From Trypanosoma brucei (Eukaryota): a stretch of DNA of 64,000 nucleotides. A model generated the notes under the pieces. That model was not told the origin of the DNA and did not search any database. It saw only the letters and a program-made list of their open reading frames with translations. Position numbers and translations under genes: made by a program. Below, piece after piece: positions 22,727-34,497 of the stretch. The stretch's first letter is position 1. Each line of letters begins with the position of its first letter. The stretch covers positions 480,001 through 544,000 of the forward strand of contig CP000067.1 of NCBI GenBank assembly GCA_000002445.1, written 5' to 3'.

Positions 22727-24607
22727 TCACAACCTCCGCAACAGCTCATCCATCTTCGCCACGATTCGTTCCTTCAGTGCCGATCCTGCCTCTAGGTAGA
22801 TGAATGTATTACCGAACCGCCACGAAAGCCAGCAATACATTTCTGCATGACGGTATAAGTCTTCCATCCGCGACAATATACGATGTGCTCGTTCACTGTC
22901 CTTATGAGTTTTTAAGTGCGCACATTGCCCCACGAGTTGTTCAAACTCCTCATCAATACGGAGGCGAACGGGCCCCCCGGTAGCATGATCACGCGCAAAA
23001 CAACGCAGCAGGTCGAATGTGTCCTTGTTGCGTGTATTCACCGGTACGTAGCAGAAAAGGATCCTATCGGTAAGAGACAGACCTGGCACGGCATCCAACT
23101 CCCTTGCAACCTGCAGCAGCGACCGCGACAGGTCACACGGAAAAAACAAATCGGAGGTCTTACACTGACTGGAGAAGTCCTTTACATGACCGTAGAATAC
23201 ATCTTGCGGCACCACACCTGAGGTCTTCAATCTCTTCTTGTCGGAATTCATTGTGACATACAGCTCCAATATGTCGGCTGTGGGCAGTAATCCAGCCCTC
23301 TGCAGAGGGGAAAGTCGAGCGTTAATAGCGCTTTCAAGTGTCGGAAAGTCATCCGCGTGAAGTGTGGTACAGCGGCCGAAAGTGTTGGCCCTGAGTACTC
23401 CAAACCGGCCGGCGCGACCGGCTACCTGCACCGTGGTTGCCTGCGGTAAGCTTGTCATCTGTTTTCCGTCGAATTTTTTCATTGATACGAAAATAATGCG
23501 CTCAATGCTCATGTTCAAGCCATAGGCAATAGCATCCGTGGACACTAAAACATGTTTTTTCGAGTCCTTGCCCTCTACCGCTTCCCGGACCCCACGGTTG
23601 AATGCGTCAGCCTGGGCCTCACGCACGGCAAAGGGCATAGAGCCATATATATAGTGAGCCGCAACGCCAGGCAGCTTTTCCAGCTGTGATTTCATAGCAA
23701 AAATCATCTTGCGCGAGAAGCACACAAGGCAATCACCGTTTTCGACTTGCCGCAGATCTCCCCCTAACGCGGCTGATGTCCTGAGGGGAGCCAGCCGCTG
23801 ATGTGGCACTAAACGAAGTCCCTTGAGCTCACGCGTTTTATACAACAAACTGCGGATAAGAGGTATTGCCCGTTCTTCTCCGCAGAGGTGAATCTCACGT
23901 GCCGGCAACCCCAATATGGCACGCGTCCATGCCCAACCCCTGTCCCCATCACCAATCATCTGCACCTCGTCAATTACCCCAACGTCAATTTGATAGTCAA
24001 TAGGAGTCATTTCCACCGTGCATGAGACGTGCTCCGCTCCACCACCAAATTGCCGCTCGTCCCCGATAAGCAAGTCGCAAGGCACGCTCGCGTTAATACG
24101 CTTCCACACTTGCGCCGCCAGTGCTTTGATCGGCGCACAATAAACACCGCTCTTCGCCTTTACCAATTCCTCCAACGCCGCGTGAGTCTTCCCACTATTT
24201 GTTGGCCCATGATGAAAGATGAAACGCCGGCGCATGAAGCGTGCCTTCGGGTACCAGTCCCACGGTTCACCCATCGTCACCCTCAGTGGCGCCTTCCGCG
24301 CGATGTACCAAACCCCAAACTCCCTGAGAACAATGTTAATCCGTTCAAGATCACCGGGGGCCTGAACAAGTTCACCCAACCATGGTGGTGTGGCACCTGA
24401 ACAGCCCTCCTCTGAGAATTCACCGAGATGCCGCAAAGCGTTCTCCACTGACATATCATGAATGAGCTGCCGCAGTTGCTCCCGGGCGCTGCTGCTGCGG
24501 TAGATATAGTCACATACTGTTTGGATCAGTTTCCCCTCGCCATGGTTTGTGCAGTACGATTTAAAACACAGAAAGAGAACAGGTGCAGTAACTGACAAAC
24601 GGCGCAT
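22727..24607 (-). CDS. SUV3: SUV3-like ATP-dependent RNA helicase (mitochondrial degradosome helicase)
   Basis: 626 aa. The Walker A context HGPTNSGKTHAALEEL is characteristic of SUV3. DEVQ motif II (IDEVQMIGD), SAT-like motif and the helicase C region (VAGRAGRFG) are present. Starts directly with M (it reads MRRLSVTAPVLFLCFKSYC), a plausible mitochondrial presequence. Confidence 0.8.
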   Translation of the reverse strand: MRRLSVTAPVLFLCFKSYCTNHGEGKLIQTVCDYIYRSSSAREQLRQLIHDMSVENALRHLGEFSEEGCSGATPPWLGELVQAPGDLERINIVLREFGVWYIARKAPLRVTMGEPWDWYPKARFMRRRFIFHHGPTNSGKTHAALEELVKAKSGVYCAPIKALAAQVWKRINASVPCDLLIGDERQFGGGAEHVSCTVEMTPIDYQIDVGVIDEVQMIGDGDRGWAWTRAILGLPAREIHLCGEERAIPLIRSLLYKTRELKGLRLVPHQRLAPLRTSAALGGDLRQVENGDCLVCFSRKMIFAMKSQLEKLPGVAAHYIYGSMPFAVREAQADAFNRGVREAVEGKDSKKHVLVSTDAIAYGLNMSIERIIFVSMKKFDGKQMTSLPQATTVQVAGRAGRFGVLRANTFGRCTTLHADDFPTLESAINARLSPLQRAGLLPTADILELYVTMNSDKKRLKTSGVVPQDVFYGHVKDFSSQCKTSDLFFPCDLSRSLLQVARELDAVPGLSLTDRILFCYVPVNTRNKDTFDLLRCFARDHATGGPVRLRIDEEFEQLVGQCAHLKTHKDSERAHRILSRMEDLYRHAEMYCWLSWRFGNTFIYLEAGSALKERIVAKMDELLRRL

Positions 24608-25346
24608 ACTGGTTGTGACGATAGCCTGCTAAAAAAAATTCCTCTCCTCACACGAACAGCCACCCTCTTATCATTTCAAGGATTCCCCCACCAAGACACG
24701 TGAGGAGGCGACTCGCACGAGGAAAACGTCGAAAAAATGATCTAGGAAAAAAGTGAGAAATTGCGTGTCACAGAGTCGCCATATGATATACCGCTGGTGC
24801 CAATGCAGCCCACAAAAGCGAAGGGAAGGGAGGACCAAAGGAGACGCAGTGCAGCATATCTGTGGAATACGAAGCAGTGCCACACTCCTAACAAAATGGA
24901 TGGGGGACTAAATAGTATAAATAATTACTTAAGACACACCAAGATCGCTGCGTTTACAGGAGAGATAGAGAAAGAGGTAAGGAAAAAAAGTGATGTAAAC
25001 GCCCTCTCCACTGCTTTAATAAATCACGATTTCCTTTATTCAGTTATTGTTTTTTTTCTTTTACCGAGGACTGCCGTTCTCTCTTGTCGCCTTTCACCAC
25101 CTGTCTCTGACTGTAGGTGGTCAGATACACGAAGGAAGTGCCAACTTTTTTTCACCCGCAGCACCCTTTTCCCTCCGCCATCTGCACACGTACAGAAAAA
25201 GAAAATCCTCCCCGTGGTGAAAAGAAGAAACAACAACGAAAACAATATTGGGTTATTGCTGCCACAAAGCTCTATATTTATCTTTTTTCTTTTTATGTGC
25301 TGCCATTCTACTCACGCCACCCTCTTTCCCTGGAGAAAAGGAAACA

Positions 25347-26780
<1,434 letters not shown>

Positions 26781-27510
26781 TTAATGTTGAGGGCACGTCC
26801 GGAAACGTGTAGGGGGAAACAAATATGAAAATCCTAAAACGTCTGAGCAGTAGAGCATAGAAACACAAGAAAAAGTAAGAAATAAGAGAGTTTATGCACA
26901 CATGTACACGGGGATTTTTCTTGTCCTCAATACCCATCGCAAATGGATGGAAGTCCATAAAATTTTGTGGTGCTTGCGCAGTTACGGAAACCGTTTATAA
27001 AGATCATTATTTAGGGTAAACTGAGGCACAAAAAGTAAAGAAAGAGGGGACCATAGGCACCGGAACAACAGACACACGGAGATGCGAAACAAAAGTAGAT
27101 TAAGCAGGTATTTGCCAGCGTAAACGCGATGAAGCCCCCATAACAGAATTTTACACAACACAATTCGGCTTCTCGCATTTCTCGTCACCCCTATTCCCTT
27201 TGTGTAATTCGCCTGCTTCTCTCCACCCCCCCCCTACACCGCTTAATTTGGTGACAAAGTGCCCTTCTACTTCTGTCATCGACGTCACGTGTGCCGATAA
27301 CTTGTTCGGCACCCTTTTCTGAGCCTGCACTCACGTTCTCCTTCGACCGGGAGTTAAAAAGCCCAACAAGACCTCCTTTAAGTTTCACAATAAATAGTGT
27401 GGCACCGCGCACACAACAACGCCGTGCACCGTTTCATCGAGGACCGTTATGCCTTTGAGTATCCCCGTCTCCAACACCGCCTCCGTTCTGACAGTATCTC
27501 CCCCTCCCCT

Positions 27511-27813
27511 CTACAGGTTCGACGGGGGCACTACCTTTTCCGCAAGCTCTACAAACTTCCTCTTTGCCTCATCTTTGCTCAACTTTTCGTACTTTTTGCG
27601 TGCATTCCATTTGGTCGATGCCACAACATTCACGCGCGACGGTTTGGGAGTCTTGACTGGCCCACCCGTCGCCTGATGCCAGAGGCCGTAGAGATCTAAC
27701 TTAGTCTGAATGGACATCCTTGGTCGCGTAGCCTTTACCCCTAACGTCTTCGAGAGCCGTTGGAACTTTTCATCAAGCGTTTCCTCCACCATGTTGTCGG
27801 CGAAATAATGCAC
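27511..27813 (-). CDS. ACBP: acyl-CoA-binding protein (ACBP)
   Basis: Small ORF carrying the ACBP signature (KLDLYGLWHQATGGPVKTPKPS...TKWNARKKYEKLSKDEAKRKFVELAEK), which matches the KLxLYxLYKQAT.G / KWDAW / EAM.KY pattern. The true start is probably the internal Met at 27792 (MVEETLDEKF), giving about 93 aa. Confidence 0.7.
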   Translation of the reverse strand: MHYFADNMVEETLDEKFQRLSKTLGVKATRPRMSIQTKLDLYGLWHQATGGPVKTPKPSRVNVVASTKWNARKKYEKLSKDEAKRKFVELAEKVVPPSNL

Positions 27814-28175
27814 CCTTCATCCAAAGAAGATATTAAGTGTAAATTAAGAGGGAATAAAAGAGATGTACAAGCTCTTGTAAGAACGGTTGGACACCTGCGA
27901 GGAACAGGGGAGGGAGCAGTAACAAGAGCACACGCGTGCGACAAAAAAAATAACACGACATCCCTGTTCGTAAGTCTTCGCGCACCAACAACAGCAACGG
28001 ACGTAACAAACTTTCCTTAGAGTGGTAGTCGCAGTCAATTTGCTCGTAAGGTGCGCGACGGCACCCAGTAATACTGAGGGAAAGGGAGTCGGCTTGGCAA
28101 CAAGAAGTACTCTGAAGAGCAGTCTTTTGCATAAAGGCGGAGGACAAATGGGGGGAGGGGGAAGGCGAGAAAACC

Positions 28176-29456
28176 TCAAATTGTCCGCACGGCAAACCTC
28201 CCAGCCGTCGTAACATATTTGACACCTTTGTAGGGCTTTGTCAAATCATTCAACACCTGAACACTGTCGACGCGGATGCTACTCAGTAGATAGTTTGGGA
28301 TGCTGAACTCAACTAACGCAGAGCCTCCTGTACACGGCGCTAGTCCCTCCTTTTCCCTCTCCGTACCAAACGTAAACTCGCCACTAAGTGAGCACGTGCC
28401 ACGATGAAGTGACCCTACATTCCACACCAGCATGTTACGTGCCTTCTTAAAGTTCGTGTTCCCGTGTGAGATGCTGTGCACCTGCACCGCCTCTGTCTGG
28501 GGCGGAAGGGGAAGGTGGATGATAAGTTTCTGAATCTCGTATTCCCTGCTCCTTGCTGCGAGACCAGAACCACGGAATCCCACCATACAGTTAAATCGAC
28601 CAACACTGGCATTAAAAGTAATTTGCGGTGTAACATAGAAGGGAACCTGCACACTATTGGCCATTTTACAGCGGTACTGCAACAGCGTAAACTTCCCATC
28701 AACAGGTATAAAACTGATCATGCGGTCGACCTCGTAACGGCTACGTCGAACACACCGATGCATGGCAATGTCTTCGATGCAATCGATGCCAGTTAACCGC
28801 ATGATGACTTCGGGCAGCCCACTCAGACGACAGTTCACCTCCACGGCACCACGGACAGCGCTCTGCACCACATTTCCTTCGCAATCGACTATGCAATCCA
28901 AATTTTCCACTATATCGAAGAAAATCTCATTTGATGAGTGCTTTGTCGCAGGGTCCCGCCACGGTACGGCACGGGAACCCATATGGCGCCGCTTTATCGC
29001 TACTGGTGCTTCCAGAGCACTACGAAACACATTTTCTAACGACGGTGGAAGCACCAACTCCTCTAGCACGTGCATTTCAGTTGTCAGTGGGTATCCATTG
29101 TCAATGAGCTCCACAAGCAATTGATACACCAAAGAAAAATTCTCACGCAACGTGCTCTCAGAGATGACTTTGAGGTACTTTTGCACCACTTTTGCGGCCA
29201 GCGCTAGGACTTCCATCACGAATAGGGGGAAACACTCACTTGTTGCAACCGCCAGGAGGACGACATCGTTACGATGGATTTGAATAAAGGCAAACCGGCT
29301 GTACGTAATAACAGCGGGTGCCTCTTCAATCGAACGCAATGGAGTCATATAGGTGCACCAGAAGTCTTCCAGGCTGGAGCGGGGTACCTTCTCACGGAAT
29401 TCCTTCTCAATAATAACCTCGCCATGCTTATTAAGGAAGAAAAGGCCGGTTATCAT
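28176..29456 (-). CDS. adaptor protein complex mu subunit (mu-adaptin, AP-3/AP-4-like)
   Basis: 426 aa. The N-terminal longin-like start MITGLFFLNKHGEVIIEKEF is typical of mu/sigma adaptins. The mu-homology domain size and content are correct. Confidence 0.75.
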   Translation of the reverse strand: MITGLFFLNKHGEVIIEKEFREKVPRSSLEDFWCTYMTPLRSIEEAPAVITYSRFAFIQIHRNDVVLLAVATSECFPLFVMEVLALAAKVVQKYLKVISESTLRENFSLVYQLLVELIDNGYPLTTEMHVLEELVLPPSLENVFRSALEAPVAIKRRHMGSRAVPWRDPATKHSSNEIFFDIVENLDCIVDCEGNVVQSAVRGAVEVNCRLSGLPEVIMRLTGIDCIEDIAMHRCVRRSRYEVDRMISFIPVDGKFTLLQYRCKMANSVQVPFYVTPQITFNASVGRFNCMVGFRGSGLAARSREYEIQKLIIHLPLPPQTEAVQVHSISHGNTNFKKARNMLVWNVGSLHRGTCSLSGEFTFGTEREKEGLAPCTGGSALVEFSIPNYLLSSIRVDSVQVLNDLTKPYKGVKYVTTAGRFAVRTI

Positions 29457-30452
29457 GTTCCTCTGATCTCAGTTTGTCTTCTACAGAACACCCCGCCAAC
29501 ACAACAATCACCTACATGCGGAAGTTAAAAGCAGCAGTGGAAGTCAATTTAAAAAAAAAAGAAGACGAGGGAGAAGTAAGAGGAGAGAAATCATTATTGA
29601 TGTATACAAAAAATAAAATGCCAAGTGAAGGGTCCGACACGCGACCGCGAAGGCACCAGCATCAGCAACATCACCCGAACACCCGTGCAGGCAAGCAACG
29701 GAAAGAAAGGAACCATACCCAAAATGCGTATCATTATTTTTATACCTTCTGCGTCTACGCTTCAAGAGGAAAAAAAACCCTTCCCCCAAAAGCTAGCTGG
29801 TGGGGGATGGTAATATAGTGAAGCACCTCCAAGCAGACACTGCGGCCTCCCTACTCCAAGCAGCAAAGTTGTGGATAATCCTCAACAAACACACTGCACT
29901 AGAGAGGTGGTTCAGTGCTCAGAATCATGAAACAGAAACACAGCAAAAAAAGAAAAAAAGGAGGGAAAGGCTTCTTGTTTTTTTTTCTTGCACAAAAGAG
30001 ATAATGCCGGACACAGCAACGCAGCAGGCAACCAAACAAGAAAAAAAAAACAGAAACCAGATCCGACCAACACAGAAACAAATATATGTATAAATATTTA
30101 CGCATAATTCATTGAATGCATAAAACTCCGATTTTCTTCCTCTACATTCACCTCTTTCCCTTTTTCTTAGCGTTCGCCCCCCTCACACCTCAAGACACCT
30201 AACCCCAGTGGGAGCACATCAAGCATATGAAAATATTGAAGTATTCAGTATCAGGCATAGTCATAACAGCCAAAGCGAGAAAAACAAACAATCGTAGTGG
30301 CATGAAAGCCCTTATTATCCCTAGCTCACAAACAAAACAGAAAAAAAAACATTCCCTCAACCACAACACAAGGGGGACAAAAACTGTGGGGTTAAAAGAT
30401 AGAACAAACAGTGACTTCTCAAAGTGGCACCGTAAACCGAGCATGCTCCACT

Positions 30453-31106
30453 TCAGTTGCCTTCACCCAAATCGCTGCCGTCCCGCTGACTCCCATGCGC
30501 ACCACCGCCGGTGCCACCACGACCTCGGCCGCGACCTCGCCCACGGCTGCCAGCAGCACCGCGACCACCACCGCGGCTGCCGCCACCTCGCCCAGCACCG
30601 CGACCACCAGCACGGCTGCCACCACCACCACCACGCCCACGACTGATTTGGGAACGTTCCTCTTCCTCCTTCACCTCAGACTCGGGGAGCGGGGCCTGGT
30701 AACCAATGTGGTTCACATCCAGCGGCTTCAACGACAGCGTAATAAGAATCGTTGAAACTTTCCGCTCCACCTCCTTCTTCTCTGTCTTATCATCATTACC
30801 CTCGTACGTGTCGTGGATAACTTCAGACGAGATTTCGGTCGTCTGATGAAGGCCAGCCACACGGCGCTTCAGCACTTCCGCGACGCCGACCGCGCTGCGG
30901 ATAGCAGCACCCATAGCACTGATCTTCACGGAGTCATACTTCGGTTTCCCCTCCTCACCACGTAGGAGCGCTAACGCATACGTGATGTAACCACGGCTTC
31001 CAGGCCTCGCAGTCACACGGATCTCATTCTCAGCACCCTGGCCCTTTTCCTTAGCACCCTCGTTTTTGGTTCGTTGGCGATCGTCGTGCGACGGATATGA
31101 AGGCAT
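30453..31106 (-). CDS. ALBA4: Alba-domain protein with C-terminal RGG/RG repeats (Rpp25-like; probable ALBA4)
   Basis: 217 aa. Alba fold region NEIRVTARPGSRGYITYALALL...VKISAMGAAIRSAVGVAEVLKRR, followed by a long (RGG)n tail. Paralogue of the next gene. Confidence 0.8.
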   Translation of the reverse strand: MPSYPSHDDRQRTKNEGAKEKGQGAENEIRVTARPGSRGYITYALALLRGEEGKPKYDSVKISAMGAAIRSAVGVAEVLKRRVAGLHQTTEISSEVIHDTYEGNDDKTEKKEVERKVSTILITLSLKPLDVNHIGYQAPLPESEVKEEEERSQISRGRGGGGGSRAGGRGAGRGGGSRGGGRGAAGSRGRGRGRGRGGTGGGAHGSQRDGSDLGEGN

Positions 31107-31150
31107 CGTCAGCTTGTGCTTGAAAATACAGGTTTACCTTGGTGAGTTAT
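30690..31150. repeat. ALBA paralogue identity tract, copy A (Alba-domain coding sequence + about 45 bp of 5' UTR)
   Basis: Near-100% nucleotide identity with 32850..33305 (for example ggggagcggggcctggtaaccaatgtggttcacatccagcggcttcaacgacagcgtaataagaatcgttgaaactttccgctccacctcc in both). Identity ends where the RGG tail and 3' flank begin. Confidence 0.9.
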
Positions 31151-32688
31151 TAATGCGATTAATGTGTATTGAATATATATTGCTTTTATTTATATACCCA
31201 AATATATGTATTCTTGTGGAAAGGCGAGTCAACAAGAGGCCGAGTTACTCCTGCAAAGCATATTTATATAAAAAAAATAGAAGGGATTGCGGTAAACAAT
31301 GAAACGTAGCACAAGAAAGAGAGGCAACGTATTTTTCATAGAAGCTCGGTACCACTTAAATTTTGACGTACGTGGAGGATAGAACAAAACACACGTCTGT
31401 AGGCCGCACGTGGTGGACAGGAAGACACCAGAGTACGGGCCAGAAACACTTAAAACAGTAGCTGCCTAACACGCACGGGCACACAACCAAAGCAAAAAAA
31501 AAATCTGCCACACCACACATCACTGAAACATTCACCATAGAAACGGTCCCGGTCCTTTTATCGTGGCTTCCACCAAGGTGGTACTGGTGCTCTTCCTACA
31601 GGGTTGTACACTCGATCCCAACAAAACTCATTGTTCGCTAATCACGTAATTGACGCTTAAATGTCCGTGACGGAGCCCACCGCTCCGCTTGGACGAGTTG
31701 ACAGTTGACACACGCCCCATCAGGGCGGAGGAGCGCTGGAACGATTCGTCCCTCGAGCACCCAAAGAACGATAACGGCTCGTGGTTGAGGCACCTCTTCT
31801 TTTTCAGCCAAACTAATACCTGCATTTTATTGTTGGAGCCTCTTTCTGAATTTTTCGGCGGCGGCCCACTCGTACCAACTAATCGAAGTCACGTTTTTAG
31901 TCCATCCTTCCCTGTCCTGGTCGTGTGGTTCAGCAGTCAAATGCTGCCCTCGCCCCTCACAAATGAGGTATTCGAGCGACGATACACGAATCGTGCACCT
32001 TGAGGAACTCCGGCATTTTCACTTATTTTACCTTATAATGTTTTACACCCACTTAAGTAAATAAATCTGCGAAAATAAAAATAAAGTATGAGCGAAATAG
32101 ATGACAAAGGAACCATAGGAAAGAAGGGACACGGCAAAACCATCAACTCTACCACCAACACTGCCAAGCGTTGCACGACAACTACCACAGAGCTCGTCTC
32201 TTAACTTCAATCGCTTCTATCCTGCGCTTCCTTTCTTGCCTGTGTTTTGTTGGTGGAAAACCAAACCTGACGGCGAGCATAGACTCCGCTTCATCCTCGT
32301 AAGCAGTTTTGTCGGCCTTTCTTCCTTCCGTTTTTACTTTCTCCTTTTGACCTTCTTACATTCACAACCCGTTAGGTCTGTAGATAAGCGTGTACTCGCG
32401 GCGTATGAGCGGTTCTCCACGGCCACCAACACAGTAAAGGGGTATGAGGGCCTCTCACTCTGATCCTTAGCTATCACCTTTTGTTCCTTTTGCACTTTTC
32501 CCTTCCTCACTGCTATATCCTGATGCTATGTTGTCCCACTTTGCCCCTTTACTTTTAATATATCCTTCTTTTCACTTCTTCTCCCTCCTCCTCACCTCCC
32601 TCCCTCATATAAGCTTCATGCTTTAACGAACATCAAAGACCACATATATCTCCCTTTGCTGCACTTCAAACAAATCGATTCTGATGCC

Positions 32689-33261
32689 TTACTCCTCATT
32701 GCCACCACCCCGTCGGTCGTTGCCACCACGGCCACGACCACCACGGCTGCCACCTCGCCCAGCACCGCGACCGCCGCGGCCACCACGCCGACGCTCCACG
32801 GGGTCCCGTTCCTCTTCCTCCTTCACCTCAGACTCGGGGAGCGGGGCCTGGTAACCAATGTGGTTCACATCCAGCGGCTTCAACGACAGCGTAATAAGAA
32901 TCGTTGAAACTTTCCGCTCCACCTCCATCTTGTCCTTCTTCTCACCAATCCCTTCATACTCGTCGTGGATAACTTCAGACGAGATTTCGGTCGTCTGATG
33001 AAGGCCAGCCACACGGCGCTTCAGCACTTCCGCGACGCCGACCGCGCTGCGGATAGCAGCACCCATAGCACTGATCTTCACGGAGTCATACTTCGGTTTC
33101 CCCTCCTCACCACGTAGGAGCGCTAACGCATACGTGATGTAACCACGGCTTCCAGGCCTCGCAGTCACACGGATCTCATTCTCAGCACCCTGGCCCTTTT
33201 CCTTAGCACCCTCGTTTTTGCGAACACGGCGGTACTCGTCACGTGGCGGATATGAAGGCAT
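32689..33261 (-). CDS. ALBA3: Alba-domain protein with short C-terminal RGG tail (Rpp25-like; probable ALBA3)
   Basis: 190 aa. The Alba domain is almost identical to the 30453..31106 gene at the DNA level. The RGG tail is shorter and the acidic linker is different. Confidence 0.8.
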   Translation of the reverse strand: MPSYPPRDEYRRVRKNEGAKEKGQGAENEIRVTARPGSRGYITYALALLRGEEGKPKYDSVKISAMGAAIRSAVGVAEVLKRRVAGLHQTTEISSEVIHDEYEGIGEKKDKMEVERKVSTILITLSLKPLDVNHIGYQAPLPESEVKEEEERDPVERRRGGRGGRGAGRGGSRGGRGRGGNDRRGGGNEE

Positions 33262-33305
33262 CGTCAGCTTGTGCTTGAAAATACAAGTTTATGTTGGTAA
33301 GTCCT
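32850..33305. repeat. ALBA paralogue identity tract, copy B
   Basis: See copy A. The upstream motif catcgtcagcttgtgcttgaaaataca(a/g)gttta is shared. Confidence 0.9.
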
Positions 33306-34497
33306 CGGCAGAAAAAATCCTAGGTCCCAAAACGTGAGACGCACGAACACCGGTGACAACAAACAGATAAACAGCAATGTTGACGTGACAATAAGAGGCA
33401 TAAAAGCAGCGGAACGAAGAATAAAGAGCGGTCGCTTCGACGGAAGGGAACCCTTGCAGGTGCAAATTGACAATGATAGCGGCACTCGAAAAATATGCCG
33501 TATTAACAACACATGGACGAAGAAAAAAAAGTAAGCATATTTACTTATAATAACCAGCTACAGCTAAATAAAGCGGAAAGGCTGATTGCGAAAGAACTTG
33601 GTAACATTGGACCCGTCCTCAAAAAAAAAGGTAAAAAGGTATCATTTGTGTTACATACACATACAAGAGGTACTTGTGCTGATTCCCATTACATCTCACG
33701 CACCTCTCGCTGTCGGTCAACGCGAAAGCACAATGCTTCGTTCCCTTTCTTCCTTCCCATTTGTGTCCCTTTTCTTTTCTTCGTTTTCCACCTTGGTCTC
33801 CCATTCTCGTCTCATTATTCCCTTTTGACGTGCTGTTGCACCACGTAAACAACAAGTGCAACGCCGAAACGCTCTATTGTGCTCACTCCCACCTTCCTCC
33901 TCGTTACACGGGCAGTAAGTGGGTTGTCGCTGTGGTCTCACGAATACACTGACCGATGGAAGGGTGTGAATACCGGCAAGAAAAATAAAAATAAGAGGTA
34001 CAACACCGATTAGCCAACGGAAAAGGCGAAGTAAGGGAAAAAGAGGGGGAAAGCAGCACAATCGTACGAGGTAATGACTCCTGCGGAGTGTGCCTGGGAC
34101 CTGCCTATCCACGCATAACATCGCCTCTCCTAACCATATGAGAGTCTTGCACACACGTCAGACGCACACAAGAGAGCATTCTGTACCGACACTCCAAGTC
34201 GTCACCAATAAACACAACAGTAACTGAATACGTGGCCTGTTGGCACCCCATCTCCCTCTACACCACAGTATCGTCGGCCGAAAATAATAAGTTCTCGAGG
34301 GCCCTCTCTCAAAATGATACATGTTAACTCTCCTCACATTTATCAATCTCTTTTTTCTTTTACTATTCAAGTAAATCATTCATTCTCTAGACAACCTTAT
34401 TCTGGACAGCATTGGAAGTGTCAAAGCGCAGCAACATTCCACCCCTCCCCCCGTTTTTGGCACCGCCCGTCACTCAAAACACCATTGGGCGCGAGAG

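Noticed and set aside
30227-30646. His/Arg-rich 139-aa ORF and Pro/Arg-rich ORFs (30511..30702, 30419..30640) over the ALBA4 3' half
   Set aside because: Antisense or out-of-frame translation of the GC-rich (RGG)n-encoding repeat. There is no independent signal.
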